Origin: an uncultured delta proteobacterium
GTDB taxonomy: Bacteria; Desulfobacterota; Binatia; Binatales; Binataceae
Assembly (NCBI GenBank): GCA_963699705.1
Contig: CAVOUW010000002.1
Location: 909,970-973,969, forward strand
Direction of reading: 5' to 3'
DNA: 64,000 nucleotides
Under the pieces are notes generated by a model. The model was given only the letters and a program-made list of their open reading frames with translations. It did not search any database and was not told where the DNA came from. Both the position numbers and the translations under genes were made by a program. This document shows positions 28,216 through 37,251 of the stretch, one piece after another. The first letter of the stretch is position 1. The number at the start of each line of letters is the position of its first letter.

Positions 28216-29718
28216 CGGCGAATCTCCCGTGGCAGATTGATTTTTCGTTTTTCCAGAATTGCTTGCGAGTCCAGCGGCTTCGGTTGATCTCCGAGGATGC
28301 CATCGACCAAGCTGCGGGCGCGTTCTTTGGGTGCGAGCATGTGCGCCAGCTGATAATTTCGGGCGCCTGATGCTAGGTAGAAGCGCTCGTACAATTCGTT
28401 GCGGCTGGCAAGCGCGCTGCCGACGAAGTCCCACGCCAGCCGGAAGATTCGTGCGCGCTGGTCGGATTTCATCTCGCCCGCGCCGCGCAGGTAGCGGTCG
28501 ATGAGTGGGCGGAGTTTGGGATCGCGGAGCTGCGCATCGGTGGGCGCGGCGAGCAGATTGTGCGATCCGATGAGCGTGATGATTTCGCCGACGCGCGGAA
28601 ACCAGGTTGGCAGCGCGGCGCGCAAGGCCGCGAGCGGACCGCCGTTGGGAAACCAGACGCCGTTGCCGTACTCGAAGGCGTCGGTTTCGGCGCTGTGAAT
28701 CGCGGCGCGCGCGAACTCGGCGTAGGTCCAGATTTCGCCGAGCATCTGGCGCGTGGCCGGCGAAAAATCGTTGATCGCTTCCGCCATCCGACTAGCGAGC
28801 CCGTACGCGAACTCGAGCTTGGTCTGCGCGCGAATCATCGTCTGCTGCATGATGTTCGGATACCAGCCGGTCGCCATCACGGTGTTGTACGCGACGAGAT
28901 TGGCGTCGATGAAAACGCGGTCGCGCGGAACCTCGACGTCGTCGAAAATCGACGAACGCATCCTGCTCGTCGAAGCGGCTCGACAGCGGATGGTCAAACC
29001 TGTTGGGCGGCGTGGCGCAACTGTCGCGGCAGAGGAACTTCAGCCCGGGCGTATTGGTCGGCACGCAAAAGGAGAGCGCGTAGGCGTCGGTGCCTTCGAG
29101 CAACGGCACGGCGGGATACACGGCGATTTCGTCGGCGAACGGCGCGAGCGTCGCGAGGATGCGCGCGCCACGCACGACGATTCCGTGCGAAGTGTCGGCG
29201 ACCTTGTGCAGCGCGACCTCGTTGCCGGGCTCAGGCACGTCGCCCTTGGCCTTGTCGATGGTGGGATGAATGATGGTGTGCGTGAGCGAGAGGTCGTTGC
29301 GCGCGAGGAACTTCTGGTATGCGACGAGGTTCGCGGCCCCGCGCTCGTTGCCATTGACGGCCCATTCGTCGGCACGCCCGGCGAAGCCGGCGAAGGTGAC
29401 GTTCATGTAGTCGGGCGTGCGGCCCATCAGGCCGACGGTGAACTCTGCGATCGTCTGCAAGCATGCGTGACGGCGCTCGAGGTCGGCGCGCGAGCGCGGA
29501 ATCATGTGGCTCAGGTTGATGGACTCGCCGGTCTCAGGATCCGGCATCAGGCAAACGGCGCGCGCCTGATGCTGCAGATCGAAAATCTGCGCCAGGGTTT
29601 CGGCCGCTCCGGCGAACGCGGGATGCGACGGAATGTCGGTGACCTTGTCGTCGCCGACCCAGAGCTCGCGCGGCTTTGACAAGCCTTTTAGAAACTCGCG
29701 ACCGGTGCGTGCTGCCAT
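28212..29718 (-). pseudogene. hpaB: HpaB-family flavin-dependent phenol/4-hydroxyphenylacetate 3-monooxygenase oxygenase component, interrupted by a 1-nt insertion near 28945
   Basis: N-terminal 2/3 in ORF 28792..29718 (…NRFDHPLSSRFDEQDAFV) and C-terminal 1/3 in ORF 28212..28997 (IFDDVEVPRDRVFI…). The junction matches the E. coli HpaB block RFDENDAI.V.DNV when one g is removed from gtcGattttcgac. Confidence 0.65.
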
Positions 29719-30416
29719 TAGCGACCTCCTCGTCCATTCCTTCGCACAGCGGCGGTGGATGCGGCGCGCCGGTTCGGATTGTATTTTTTGATCCTCAGAA
29801 TTCTCGCAGGCGCGCTGCGCAGACCGTCAAGCTGCAGTTTGAGCGCGGCCCGCAGCCTTTCATCTCGCTTCCTGCCGGTTATAGGATCGCTGCCAAGCCA
29901 TCGCTGCAACTGAAAGAAGAAGAGAGCGAACAGACTGTGCGCGAGGCGAATCGCGGGGACGTCCGCTCTGAGTTCGCCGCGTGATTTCGCATTCTCGATA
30001 AGGTTGGCAATCCCAGCGATTTGCGTCCCCACCATTTCGGCCACGCCGTGACGGCGATCTTCAACGAACGGAAGTTCTCTTACGAATACGCGCGCCAGCC
30101 CGCGATCGCGCTCGTGCAACGCGATCATCGCGCCGAACAGATGCAGCACCTGATCGAGCAGCGGCCGCGAAGGCATCGTGGCGAACGCGTCGGCGACGAC
30201 CCGGCTCATGTCCTCGCGGAAAATCAGCACCAGCAGGTCCTCCTTGGTGCCCGCATAGAGGAACAGGGTGCCGGCGCCGATGTCGGCGGCGTCCGCGATT
30301 TCGCGGGTGGTGGTGGCCTCGAAGCCCTTGCGCCCGAACAACTTGCGCGCGGCGCGTTTTATCCGCTCGAGCTTGTCGCGCTTGCTGCGTTCGATCCGGC
30401 TTGAAGTGTCGTTCAT
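29718..30416 (-). CDS. TetR/AcrR-family transcriptional regulator with an unusual about 40-aa basic C-terminal extension
   Basis: N-terminal HTH (TTTREIADAADIGAGTLFLYAGTKEDLL); its stop TAA overlaps the hpaB ATG (TAATG). Confidence 0.75.
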   Translation of the reverse strand: MNDTSSRIERSKRDKLERIKRAARKLFGRKGFEATTTREIADAADIGAGTLFLYAGTKEDLLVLIFREDMSRVVADAFATMPSRPLLDQVLHLFGAMIALHERDRGLARVFVRELPFVEDRRHGVAEMVGTQIAGIANLIENAKSRGELRADVPAIRLAHSLFALFFFQLQRWLGSDPITGRKRDERLRAALKLQLDGLRSAPARILRIKKYNPNRRAASTAAVRRNGRGGR

Positions 30417-30425
30417 CGTTGTAGT

Positions 30426-30456
30426 ACTGAGCGTGCTCAGTTTTGAGCGTGCTCAA
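30426..30456. promoter_or_regulatory. Two tandem palindromic boxes (cTGAGCgtGCTCAg and tTGAGCgtGCTCAa), a candidate TetR operator in the divergent promoter
   Basis: Perfect 6-bp inverted arms, duplicated 17 bp apart, 10 bp upstream of the tetR start and about 110 bp upstream of the divergent enoyl-CoA hydratase. Confidence 0.4.
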
Positions 30457-30567
30457 TTTCTACTTAAAATCCAGCCTATCTGTCAAACGCCTGGATGAAT
30501 TTCGGACTGGCAGATTTGCGAACCTGCGGCGCGCTGATTAGGCTGGCTCTCGATCGGAGGACAAATC

Positions 30568-31323
30568 ATGGCTGGATTGGTACTTCGCGATGACCGGGAC
30601 GGGCTCGCTACGCTAACGCTGAATCGTCCCGAGAAACTGAACTCGCTCAACATCGAGATGTTCGTCGAACTGCGCGCTCACGTGGAGCAAATCGCGCGCG
30701 AGACCGAGCGTATCGGGCTGGTGGTCGTGCGCGGTGCGGGCAAATGCTTTTCCGCAGGGCACGATCTCGCGGATATCGCGAAGGGAGAGCGTCCACCGAA
30801 GCCGAATTTTCAATCAGAGACGGTCGAGCGGCTTGCGGATTTGCCGCAGCCGGTTATTTCCGCGGTGCATGGACATTGCTACACCGGCGCGCTCGAGTTG
30901 GCGCTGGCGGGCGACCTGATCGTCGCAGCGGAATCGGCGAAGTTCGCAGATACTCACGCGCGATGGGCGCTGACGCCGATTTGGGGGATGAGCCAGCGCT
31001 TGCCGCGACGCGTCGGGCCGTCGAAGGCGCGCGAGATGATGCTGACCTGCCGTACTTACACGGGCGTCGAGGCAGCGGCGATGGGCCTCGCGAACATTTG
31101 CGTGCCCGACGATGCGTTCGACAGGGAACTGCGCGCGCTGGCTGACACGATCCTCGCCAATTCGTGGTTCAGCCATTGCGCGAACAAGCGGCTGCTGATC
31201 GAGACCGATGGCTTGCCGCTCGGCGCCGGCCTTGCGCATGAAGTGTACCGAAATCCGGGGGTCGGTCCCGATATGCGCGAGCGGATCGCGGCGTTCAACA
31301 GCAAGTCGGCGCGTCGTGCCTGA
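30568..31323 (+). CDS. Enoyl-CoA hydratase/isomerase (crotonase) family protein
   Basis: Crotonase fold motifs (…VVRGAGKCFSAGHDL…; …HGHCYTGALELALAGD…). Confidence 0.8.
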   Translation: MAGLVLRDDRDGLATLTLNRPEKLNSLNIEMFVELRAHVEQIARETERIGLVVVRGAGKCFSAGHDLADIAKGERPPKPNFQSETVERLADLPQPVISAVHGHCYTGALELALAGDLIVAAESAKFADTHARWALTPIWGMSQRLPRRVGPSKAREMMLTCRTYTGVEAAAMGLANICVPDDAFDRELRALADTILANSWFSHCANKRLLIETDGLPLGAGLAHEVYRNPGVGPDMRERIAAFNSKSARRA

Positions 31324-32698
31324 GATCGATCCTGCGCCAGCGGTGGAGACCGACCAGCTCCAACCGCCAAGCGAATCTTCGAACGAACGGCGCGGCGCGT
31401 TTCGTGCGCTGCGGCATCGTAATTATCGGCTGTATTTTTTTGGTCAGCTGATTTCGCTCGCCGGCACGTGGATGCAAAGTGCGGCGCAGGCGTGGCTGGT
31501 GTTGAAGCTGACCAACTCGGCGACGATGCTCGGGGTGGTTTCGTTCGCGCAGTTCACGCCAATCCTGCTGGTCGGTTTGTTCGCCGGCGTTTTGGTCGAC
31601 CGCGTCGATCGCCGACGCTTGATAATCACGACCCAAGTACTGCTGATGCTGAGCGCGTTCACGCTCGCGGCGCTGACCTGGAGCGGCGCGGTGCGAGTCG
31701 AATACGTGATCCTGCTCGCCGCGTTCAACGGCACCGTTGGATCCTTTGACATGCCCGGGCGTCAATCGTTCGTGGTCGAGATGGTGGGTTACGACGATCT
31801 CGCCAACGCGATCGCGCTGAACTCGATGATGTTCAACAGCGCGCGCATGCTCGGTCCCGCCGCGGCGGGATTGCTGATCGCGTGGCTTGGAATCGGCACC
31901 TGTTTTTTTCTGAACGGGGTCAGCTTTCTCGCGGTTATCTGGAGCCTGACGCAGATGGAGATTCCAGCGCGCGTGATCGCCGGGGTAGGCGCGCGCATGC
32001 TTCATCAACTGCGCGAGGGGCTTGCGTACGTATGGAGCAACCGGCCGCTGTTCTACCAGATGGCGCTGGCGGCGGTGACCAACGGCTTCGGCTACCAATA
32101 TTTGGTGTTGGTGCCGCTGTTTGCGAAGCACGTGCTGAACGGCGACGCGCGCACTTACGGCTTCCTGGTCGCGATCCAGGGACTCGGGTCGGTGGTCGGC
32201 GCGGTGACGCTGGCCTCGCGCGTTTCGACGCGCGGGATGAGGAACAATCTGCTGGTTGGGCTTTTTCTTTCGGCGGTCGGAATCGTGATTTTCGGGATGT
32301 CGCGATCGTTTGCACTTTCGCTGGCCGCGCAATTCGTAATCGGCGCCGGACTGACCAACTTCAGAGCGAGCAACAACACGCTGGTGCAGATGTTCGTCAA
32401 CGACGACTTGCGCGGGCGCGTGATGAGCACTTATCAGCTCGCGGCGGTCGGGATGACGCCGATTGGCGCGCTCGAGGTCGGCTACATGGGATCGCATCTG
32501 GGTCCGATGCGGACAGTCGTCATCTGCGGCGTGGTCATCCTGCTGAGCGGCGTGGTGCTGCTGACGCGGCTCAAGTCGGTCGGGCATGGACGCGGAGCCA
32601 ACATAGTTTACTCCTTGCCAGATGCCCACTTCGTGTGTTCAATGCTCGCTAACCGTTTCCGACTGGAGGAGTCCGCTTATGAAATCCTGGATCGCTAA
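31317..32698 (+). CDS. MFS transporter (EntS/enterobactin-exporter-like)
   Basis: 12-TM MFS; conserved N-terminal FRALRHRNYRLYFFGQLISLAGTWMQ; start taken as GTG 31317, overlapping the upstream stop (the ORF track's earlier ATG at 31208 lies inside the hydratase gene). Confidence 0.7.
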
Positions 32699-33275
32699 AA
32701 CCGCAATAGCGACTGCGGTGTTGATCGCGCTACCGGTGCTCGCGCATGCCGACAACTGGCAAATCGATCCGATGCATACCAATGTCGAGTTCACCGTGCG
32801 CCACATGATGATCTCGAATGTGAAGGGGCAATTTCAGAAGACTTCGGGAACGATCACCGTCGATGGCAATGATCCAACTTCGGCAAAAATCGACGCGACT
32901 ATCGACGCGTCGTCGATTGATACGCGAGTCGAGAGGCGCGACGCCGATCTCAAGAGTCCCGAATTTCTCGATGTCGCGAAGTACCCGACCATCACTTTCA
33001 AATCGACCAAAGTCGAGGCCGACGGTGCCGGCAAGTGGAAAGTGACGGGCGACCTGACCCTGCACGGCGTGACCAAGCCGGTCGTGCTCGAGGTCGAATC
33101 ATCGGGGACGCCGATTCACGATCCGATGGGCAACATGCGCGCCGGAGCGTCGGCAACCACGAGCATCAAGCGCAGCGATTTCGGGTTGACCTATAACAAA
33201 GTGCTCGAGTCGGGCGGCGTGATGGTCGGCGACGAGGTCGGGATTTCTATCGACCTCGAGGCGATCAAGAAGTAG
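32679..33275 (+). CDS. YceI-family periplasmic polyisoprenoid-binding protein
   Basis: RBS ggagg; signal peptide MKSWIAKTAIATAVLIALPVLAHA; YceI-like beta-barrel sequence. Confidence 0.75.
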   Translation: MKSWIAKTAIATAVLIALPVLAHADNWQIDPMHTNVEFTVRHMMISNVKGQFQKTSGTITVDGNDPTSAKIDATIDASSIDTRVERRDADLKSPEFLDVAKYPTITFKSTKVEADGAGKWKVTGDLTLHGVTKPVVLEVESSGTPIHDPMGNMRAGASATTSIKRSDFGLTYNKVLESGGVMVGDEVGISIDLEAIKK

Positions 33276-33371
33276 CGATTTGTTTCGACGCGCACGCGTG
33301 GTTTGCATTTAACTCAGCGCCGCGATACCGCTGAATCGACCTCACGTCTCTGATCGTCGGGGAGGGCGGCC

Positions 33372-34112
33372 ATGAGCATGTCGCGGCGTTTTGCAGCGGA
33401 GTTGATCGGTACATTCTGGCTGGTTTTCGGCGGATGCGGCAGCGCGGTGCTGGCGGCCGGCTTCCCGAAGGTCGGAATCGGCTTTCTTGGCGTAGCGTTG
33501 GCGTTCGGGTTGACGCTGCTGACGATGGCCTTCACGATCGGATCGATTTCGGGATGCCATATCAATCCGGCGGTGACGATCGGGTTGTGGGCCGGCAAGC
33601 GATTTCCCGCGCGCGAGGTGCCAACCTACATCGCCGCGCAACTGATTGGCGCAATCCTCGCGTCGAGCGTGCTGTACGTGATCGCGAGCGGCGCTGCGGG
33701 ATTCGACGTAAGCGGCGGATTCGCCTCCAACGGATACGGCGCGCATTCGCCCGGTGGTTACAGTCTCGTCGCGGCCTTCGTTGCTGAATTCGTGCTGACC
33801 TTCATGTTTCTGATCGTGATTCTCGGATCGACCGACAAACGCGCCACCGTCGGCTTCGCGCCGATTCCGATTGGCCTCGTGCTGACGCTGATTCATCTGA
33901 TCAGTATCCCGGTGGACAACACTTCGGTGAATCCCGCACGCAGCACCGGCCCCGCGCTGTTCGTCGGCGGATGGGCGCTTTCGCAGCTATGGTTGTTCTG
34001 GGTCGCGCCTATCGCAGGCGCCGCAGTCGGCGGATTCTTCTACAACTGGCTCGGCGTCGAGCGAAGAACCAACGAGCAGCTAGCTCGCGAAACCGGCCCG
34101 GCTAAAACTTGA
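33372..34112 (+). CDS. aqpZ: Aquaporin Z
   Basis: Two NPA motifs (HINPAVT, NPARS); six TM helices; length and sequence closely AqpZ-like. Confidence 0.9.
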   Translation: MSMSRRFAAELIGTFWLVFGGCGSAVLAAGFPKVGIGFLGVALAFGLTLLTMAFTIGSISGCHINPAVTIGLWAGKRFPAREVPTYIAAQLIGAILASSVLYVIASGAAGFDVSGGFASNGYGAHSPGGYSLVAAFVAEFVLTFMFLIVILGSTDKRATVGFAPIPIGLVLTLIHLISIPVDNTSVNPARSTGPALFVGGWALSQLWLFWVAPIAGAAVGGFFYNWLGVERRTNEQLARETGPAKT

Positions 34113-34174
34113 GATTGATGTTCGCCGAAGAGCGGGGCCGCGAGGACAAGTAGTCAGCTGCATAATTCCAGCAA

Positions 34175-35794
34175 CTAGTGCGCGCTGGCCTCGTTCGAAT
34201 TGTTGCTAGTCGCGTTGTTTGACGCCAGCGCGTGATCGAAGCCGGGGATTATCGCCTCGATAAATGCGTTGCGCACCACCTGACCGAGCGCCTGCCAGGT
34301 ATCCACGTTCGGGCTCGTCAGTTTTCCCTTGAGGTCCACGTCCGTAGCGACCTGTTCGGTGCTGTGATTCTTGAAGATATGTGATGCGCCGGCGATCGCC
34401 AGTTCCTTGGCCTTATGCAGAACGCTGGTGCCCTTTTCCTTTTGAGGATCGTAAACTTTCAGGTTCGCGAACATCGGTTTTATGTAGCCGTCGATGTTGC
34501 CGTTCTTGATCGCGACCTGCGAGTACACCGTGAGCTGGCCGGCCGCGACGTCGAAGCGTCCGAACGCGCGCAGGAGATCGTTCATCGACGGGAGGTCGGT
34601 ATTCACCAGCGCGACCTTCAAGTCGAATGCGGGTCCTTGCCCGCTCGCCAGGAAATCTCCCGCGATGTTGGTATCGCCGGTGCCCATGAACTTGCCGCGC
34701 AACGTCAACTCGGCCGGCCCTTGAGTCTGATGATTGGAAAGATTCTTGATCGTCAACTCGGTGTCGTTGATGAAGAGCTTGTAGTTGGGGTTTGAGGTTT
34801 TATCGAGGAACGAAAAGTTGCTGTGGACGACGTCCAGGTCGCGGACGCTGATTTCCACCGCCCTGCGGTTGTTCTCTTTCTCAATCTCTTTGCCGGTCGC
34901 TTTCACCCGATTCGCTTCTGCCTTCTTGGTCTCGGGCGCGTGCACATAGCCGACTGCGACTCCGTCGATCGTGGCATTATCAACTTCGACCCTGGTGATC
35001 TTGGGCGAGTATTCGAGCAGGCCGTTGCTCGCGAGGCGACCTCCGCTCACAGTGAGATTGATCTGGCGAATCTCGGGATCGAACGCGCTCAGCGGGACGT
35101 TCTGGATCGTGTATTTCGCGCGCGCGCCGGGGAAAGGCTCTTCGAGAAAGTTTGCATGCCCATCGATCGTGGCGCGGCCGGTATCGAAGATCACCACGGT
35201 CGCGTGGAAGCGGGACGGGTAGTCGTTCTCAGGCGCGTGAATATTGCGGATGTTGTCGGCGACGAAATTCAGATTGGCGAGATGCAGCGGCTTGTTCACC
35301 CGATCCTGGATGTACACCACGTCGCCCTGGTAAATCGTGAACCGGTTGATCTTGAACGGATAGGCAGCCTCGAGCGCGTCCTGCCATCCCTTCTGCCGGA
35401 GCGGGACGCTGCTTTTCTTTTCCGCGACGAACTGCGTCTGATCGATGTGGAGCTTCGGATGTGACAGGAGCACGTCGGCGACGACGCGTCGCGAGAAAAG
35501 TTCCTTCACCTGGATCGTGAAGCGCATCGTCGCGATGTCGGCGACCGGCGGCCGTGGATGCGCCTCCTGTATGACCTTGACGCCGTTCAAGGTGAGAACT
35601 CCGCCGAGCAACTGCAGATGCGCATGACCCAGCGCGACGTGGTAGCCCTTGAGCTTGCTGTTCATCGCGGCCTGGGTCCGCGCGCGGACGATATCGTCGA
35701 GGAAGAACGAGGCGATGAAGACTGCGACCAGTAGCGTCGCAAAAAATCCTCCGATCCAGAAAAGTACCGGATGCTTTCGATAGCCGCCCATCAC
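34175..35794 (-). CDS. DUF748 / AsmA-like outer-membrane assembly family protein
   Basis: N-terminal TM anchor followed by a large periplasmic beta-rich domain. Confidence 0.55.
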   Translation of the reverse strand: MMGGYRKHPVLFWIGGFFATLLVAVFIASFFLDDIVRARTQAAMNSKLKGYHVALGHAHLQLLGGVLTLNGVKVIQEAHPRPPVADIATMRFTIQVKELFSRRVVADVLLSHPKLHIDQTQFVAEKKSSVPLRQKGWQDALEAAYPFKINRFTIYQGDVVYIQDRVNKPLHLANLNFVADNIRNIHAPENDYPSRFHATVVIFDTGRATIDGHANFLEEPFPGARAKYTIQNVPLSAFDPEIRQINLTVSGGRLASNGLLEYSPKITRVEVDNATIDGVAVGYVHAPETKKAEANRVKATGKEIEKENNRRAVEISVRDLDVVHSNFSFLDKTSNPNYKLFINDTELTIKNLSNHQTQGPAELTLRGKFMGTGDTNIAGDFLASGQGPAFDLKVALVNTDLPSMNDLLRAFGRFDVAAGQLTVYSQVAIKNGNIDGYIKPMFANLKVYDPQKEKGTSVLHKAKELAIAGASHIFKNHSTEQVATDVDLKGKLTSPNVDTWQALGQVVRNAFIEAIIPGFDHALASNNATSNNSNEASAH

Positions 35795-35806
35795 GAATCT
35801 GCTCGA

Positions 35807-36370
35807 TTAAGCCGGCAAAGCTTCGGTCCGGCGACTCACGCGGCGGCGCTCGTCAACCTTGCCGCCGAACGCGCGGATGAAAAGTGGCGTCAATCCGAGA
35901 CTGAGGCCGAAAAGCAGATGCGCGACGAAGTACGCCATCGGCATCAGCGCAATCCGCGCCGCCATCGTCGGGTTCATGTACGGCAATACGACCAGGTCCA
36001 TCACCACCCAGATGACGATTCCGATTGCGAGGCCGGCAAACAGTGCGGCGATGATCGAAGTCCTACGCGACATGCATAGCGCGAACAGGATTCCGAGCAC
36101 GATCGAAAAGCCAATTTGAATTCCCGCGCCGGCCAGCATAGCCATCGAGCCTGCGACCAAAGCTTCGACGCCATAGACCAATCCGCCGAGCGCCTTGAGC
36201 GGCATCGTCACGCCCTCACCGATCGCATTCGAATAGGCCATCATGAAACCCATCATCAGGATGGCGCTGAAGATTCCGTCGACTATGCCCGCGACGAGGC
36301 GGCTGCCCCACGAGACGCGATTTGCCGGAGCGCTCGCGTCAACGGTTTTAATACGTGATTGTTCGTCCAT
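35807..36370 (-). CDS. Hypothetical integral membrane protein
   Basis: 187 aa; four TM helices; 12-nt gap to the upstream gene. Confidence 0.45.
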   Translation of the reverse strand: MDEQSRIKTVDASAPANRVSWGSRLVAGIVDGIFSAILMMGFMMAYSNAIGEGVTMPLKALGGLVYGVEALVAGSMAMLAGAGIQIGFSIVLGILFALCMSRRTSIIAALFAGLAIGIVIWVVMDLVVLPYMNPTMAARIALMPMAYFVAHLLFGLSLGLTPLFIRAFGGKVDERRRVSRRTEALPA

Positions 36371-36387
36371 AGGTCTGAAACGGCCGA

Positions 36388-37050
36388 TTAGGCCGGCTCC
36401 TTCTTGATGAGGATTTCGGCGAGGTCCTGATGCTGCTGCAGGATCGGCATGATCTTGTCGATCAAGGCTTCGATATCATCGTCGCTGGCATCGTCGCGCG
36501 CCTGCTTCAGTTCGGTCATGAGTTTTTTGTGATCGGTGCTGGTCTGCTCGAGAAAAACCCGATCGAACTGAGCGCCATTGGCGGAGGACAATTTCTTATC
36601 CACCGGCGTCCCATTGGCAGCTTTGTGTCGACCCGTCGCGGTATCACGCAGACGCGCGCCGATCTTTTGCGCGGTCGCAGTGACCATTTGATCGGCGTTC
36701 GTATGGTCCTTGATCAGTTGATCAGCGTACTCACGAACTTCACTTGACGAGGCTTTTGCTTCCGCAATCTTGCCGGCCTCGATCTCCTTCAAATTTGCCA
36801 AATGTATCCGTTCGAGGATCGCTGCGTTGGTCTTTTTACTGGAGACCTCCGGTGGTGGCACGAACGGAGTAGCTTTTGCCTGAGGCTGTTGCGCACTTGG
36901 CTGCGCTGACGGCTGGGCGGCAGTGCTGGCGTCGGAATTTGGTGCTGGCTGCTTTCGAGATGTGGAACAGCCGCCGAGCGTGGCGACGACAACGGCGGCG
37001 AGCAGAAATTGTCGCGAGATTCGAAGATTTTCGGGCATGCGCATAATCAT
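36388..37050 (-). CDS. DUF4142-domain lipoprotein
   Basis: RBS ggagg followed by ATG (MIMRMPENL…); lipobox LGGC; helical DUF4142-like C-terminal domain. Confidence 0.55.
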   Translation of the reverse strand: MIMRMPENLRISRQFLLAAVVVATLGGCSTSRKQPAPNSDASTAAQPSAQPSAQQPQAKATPFVPPPEVSSKKTNAAILERIHLANLKEIEAGKIAEAKASSSEVREYADQLIKDHTNADQMVTATAQKIGARLRDTATGRHKAANGTPVDKKLSSANGAQFDRVFLEQTSTDHKKLMTELKQARDDASDDDIEALIDKIMPILQQHQDLAEILIKKEPA

Positions 37051-37251
37051 CGTCCTCCAGGAAACTACGGAGTGAGGTGCGTGGGAGGTTGGCGGAGGCA
37101 AAACCGCGCTACGCAAGCGGCGTCACGCGCCTCAAGCGTTTTTAGACGCGAGGAAAAGCTGCAAAAGGTATGCCCCCGAAATTCCTAAGCAATGGCGTGC
37201 TTAGCGGGCTCAAGGACCGTGTAGAAACTCCCTTCTCTAGTGGGGACAGGC

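Noticed and set aside
29718-29840. A possible frameshift in the TetR gene, because of its about 40-aa basic tail
   Set aside because: There is no conserved sequence in alternative frames. The tail ends in a TAATG coupling with hpaB, so the extension is plausibly natural read-through to a coupled stop.
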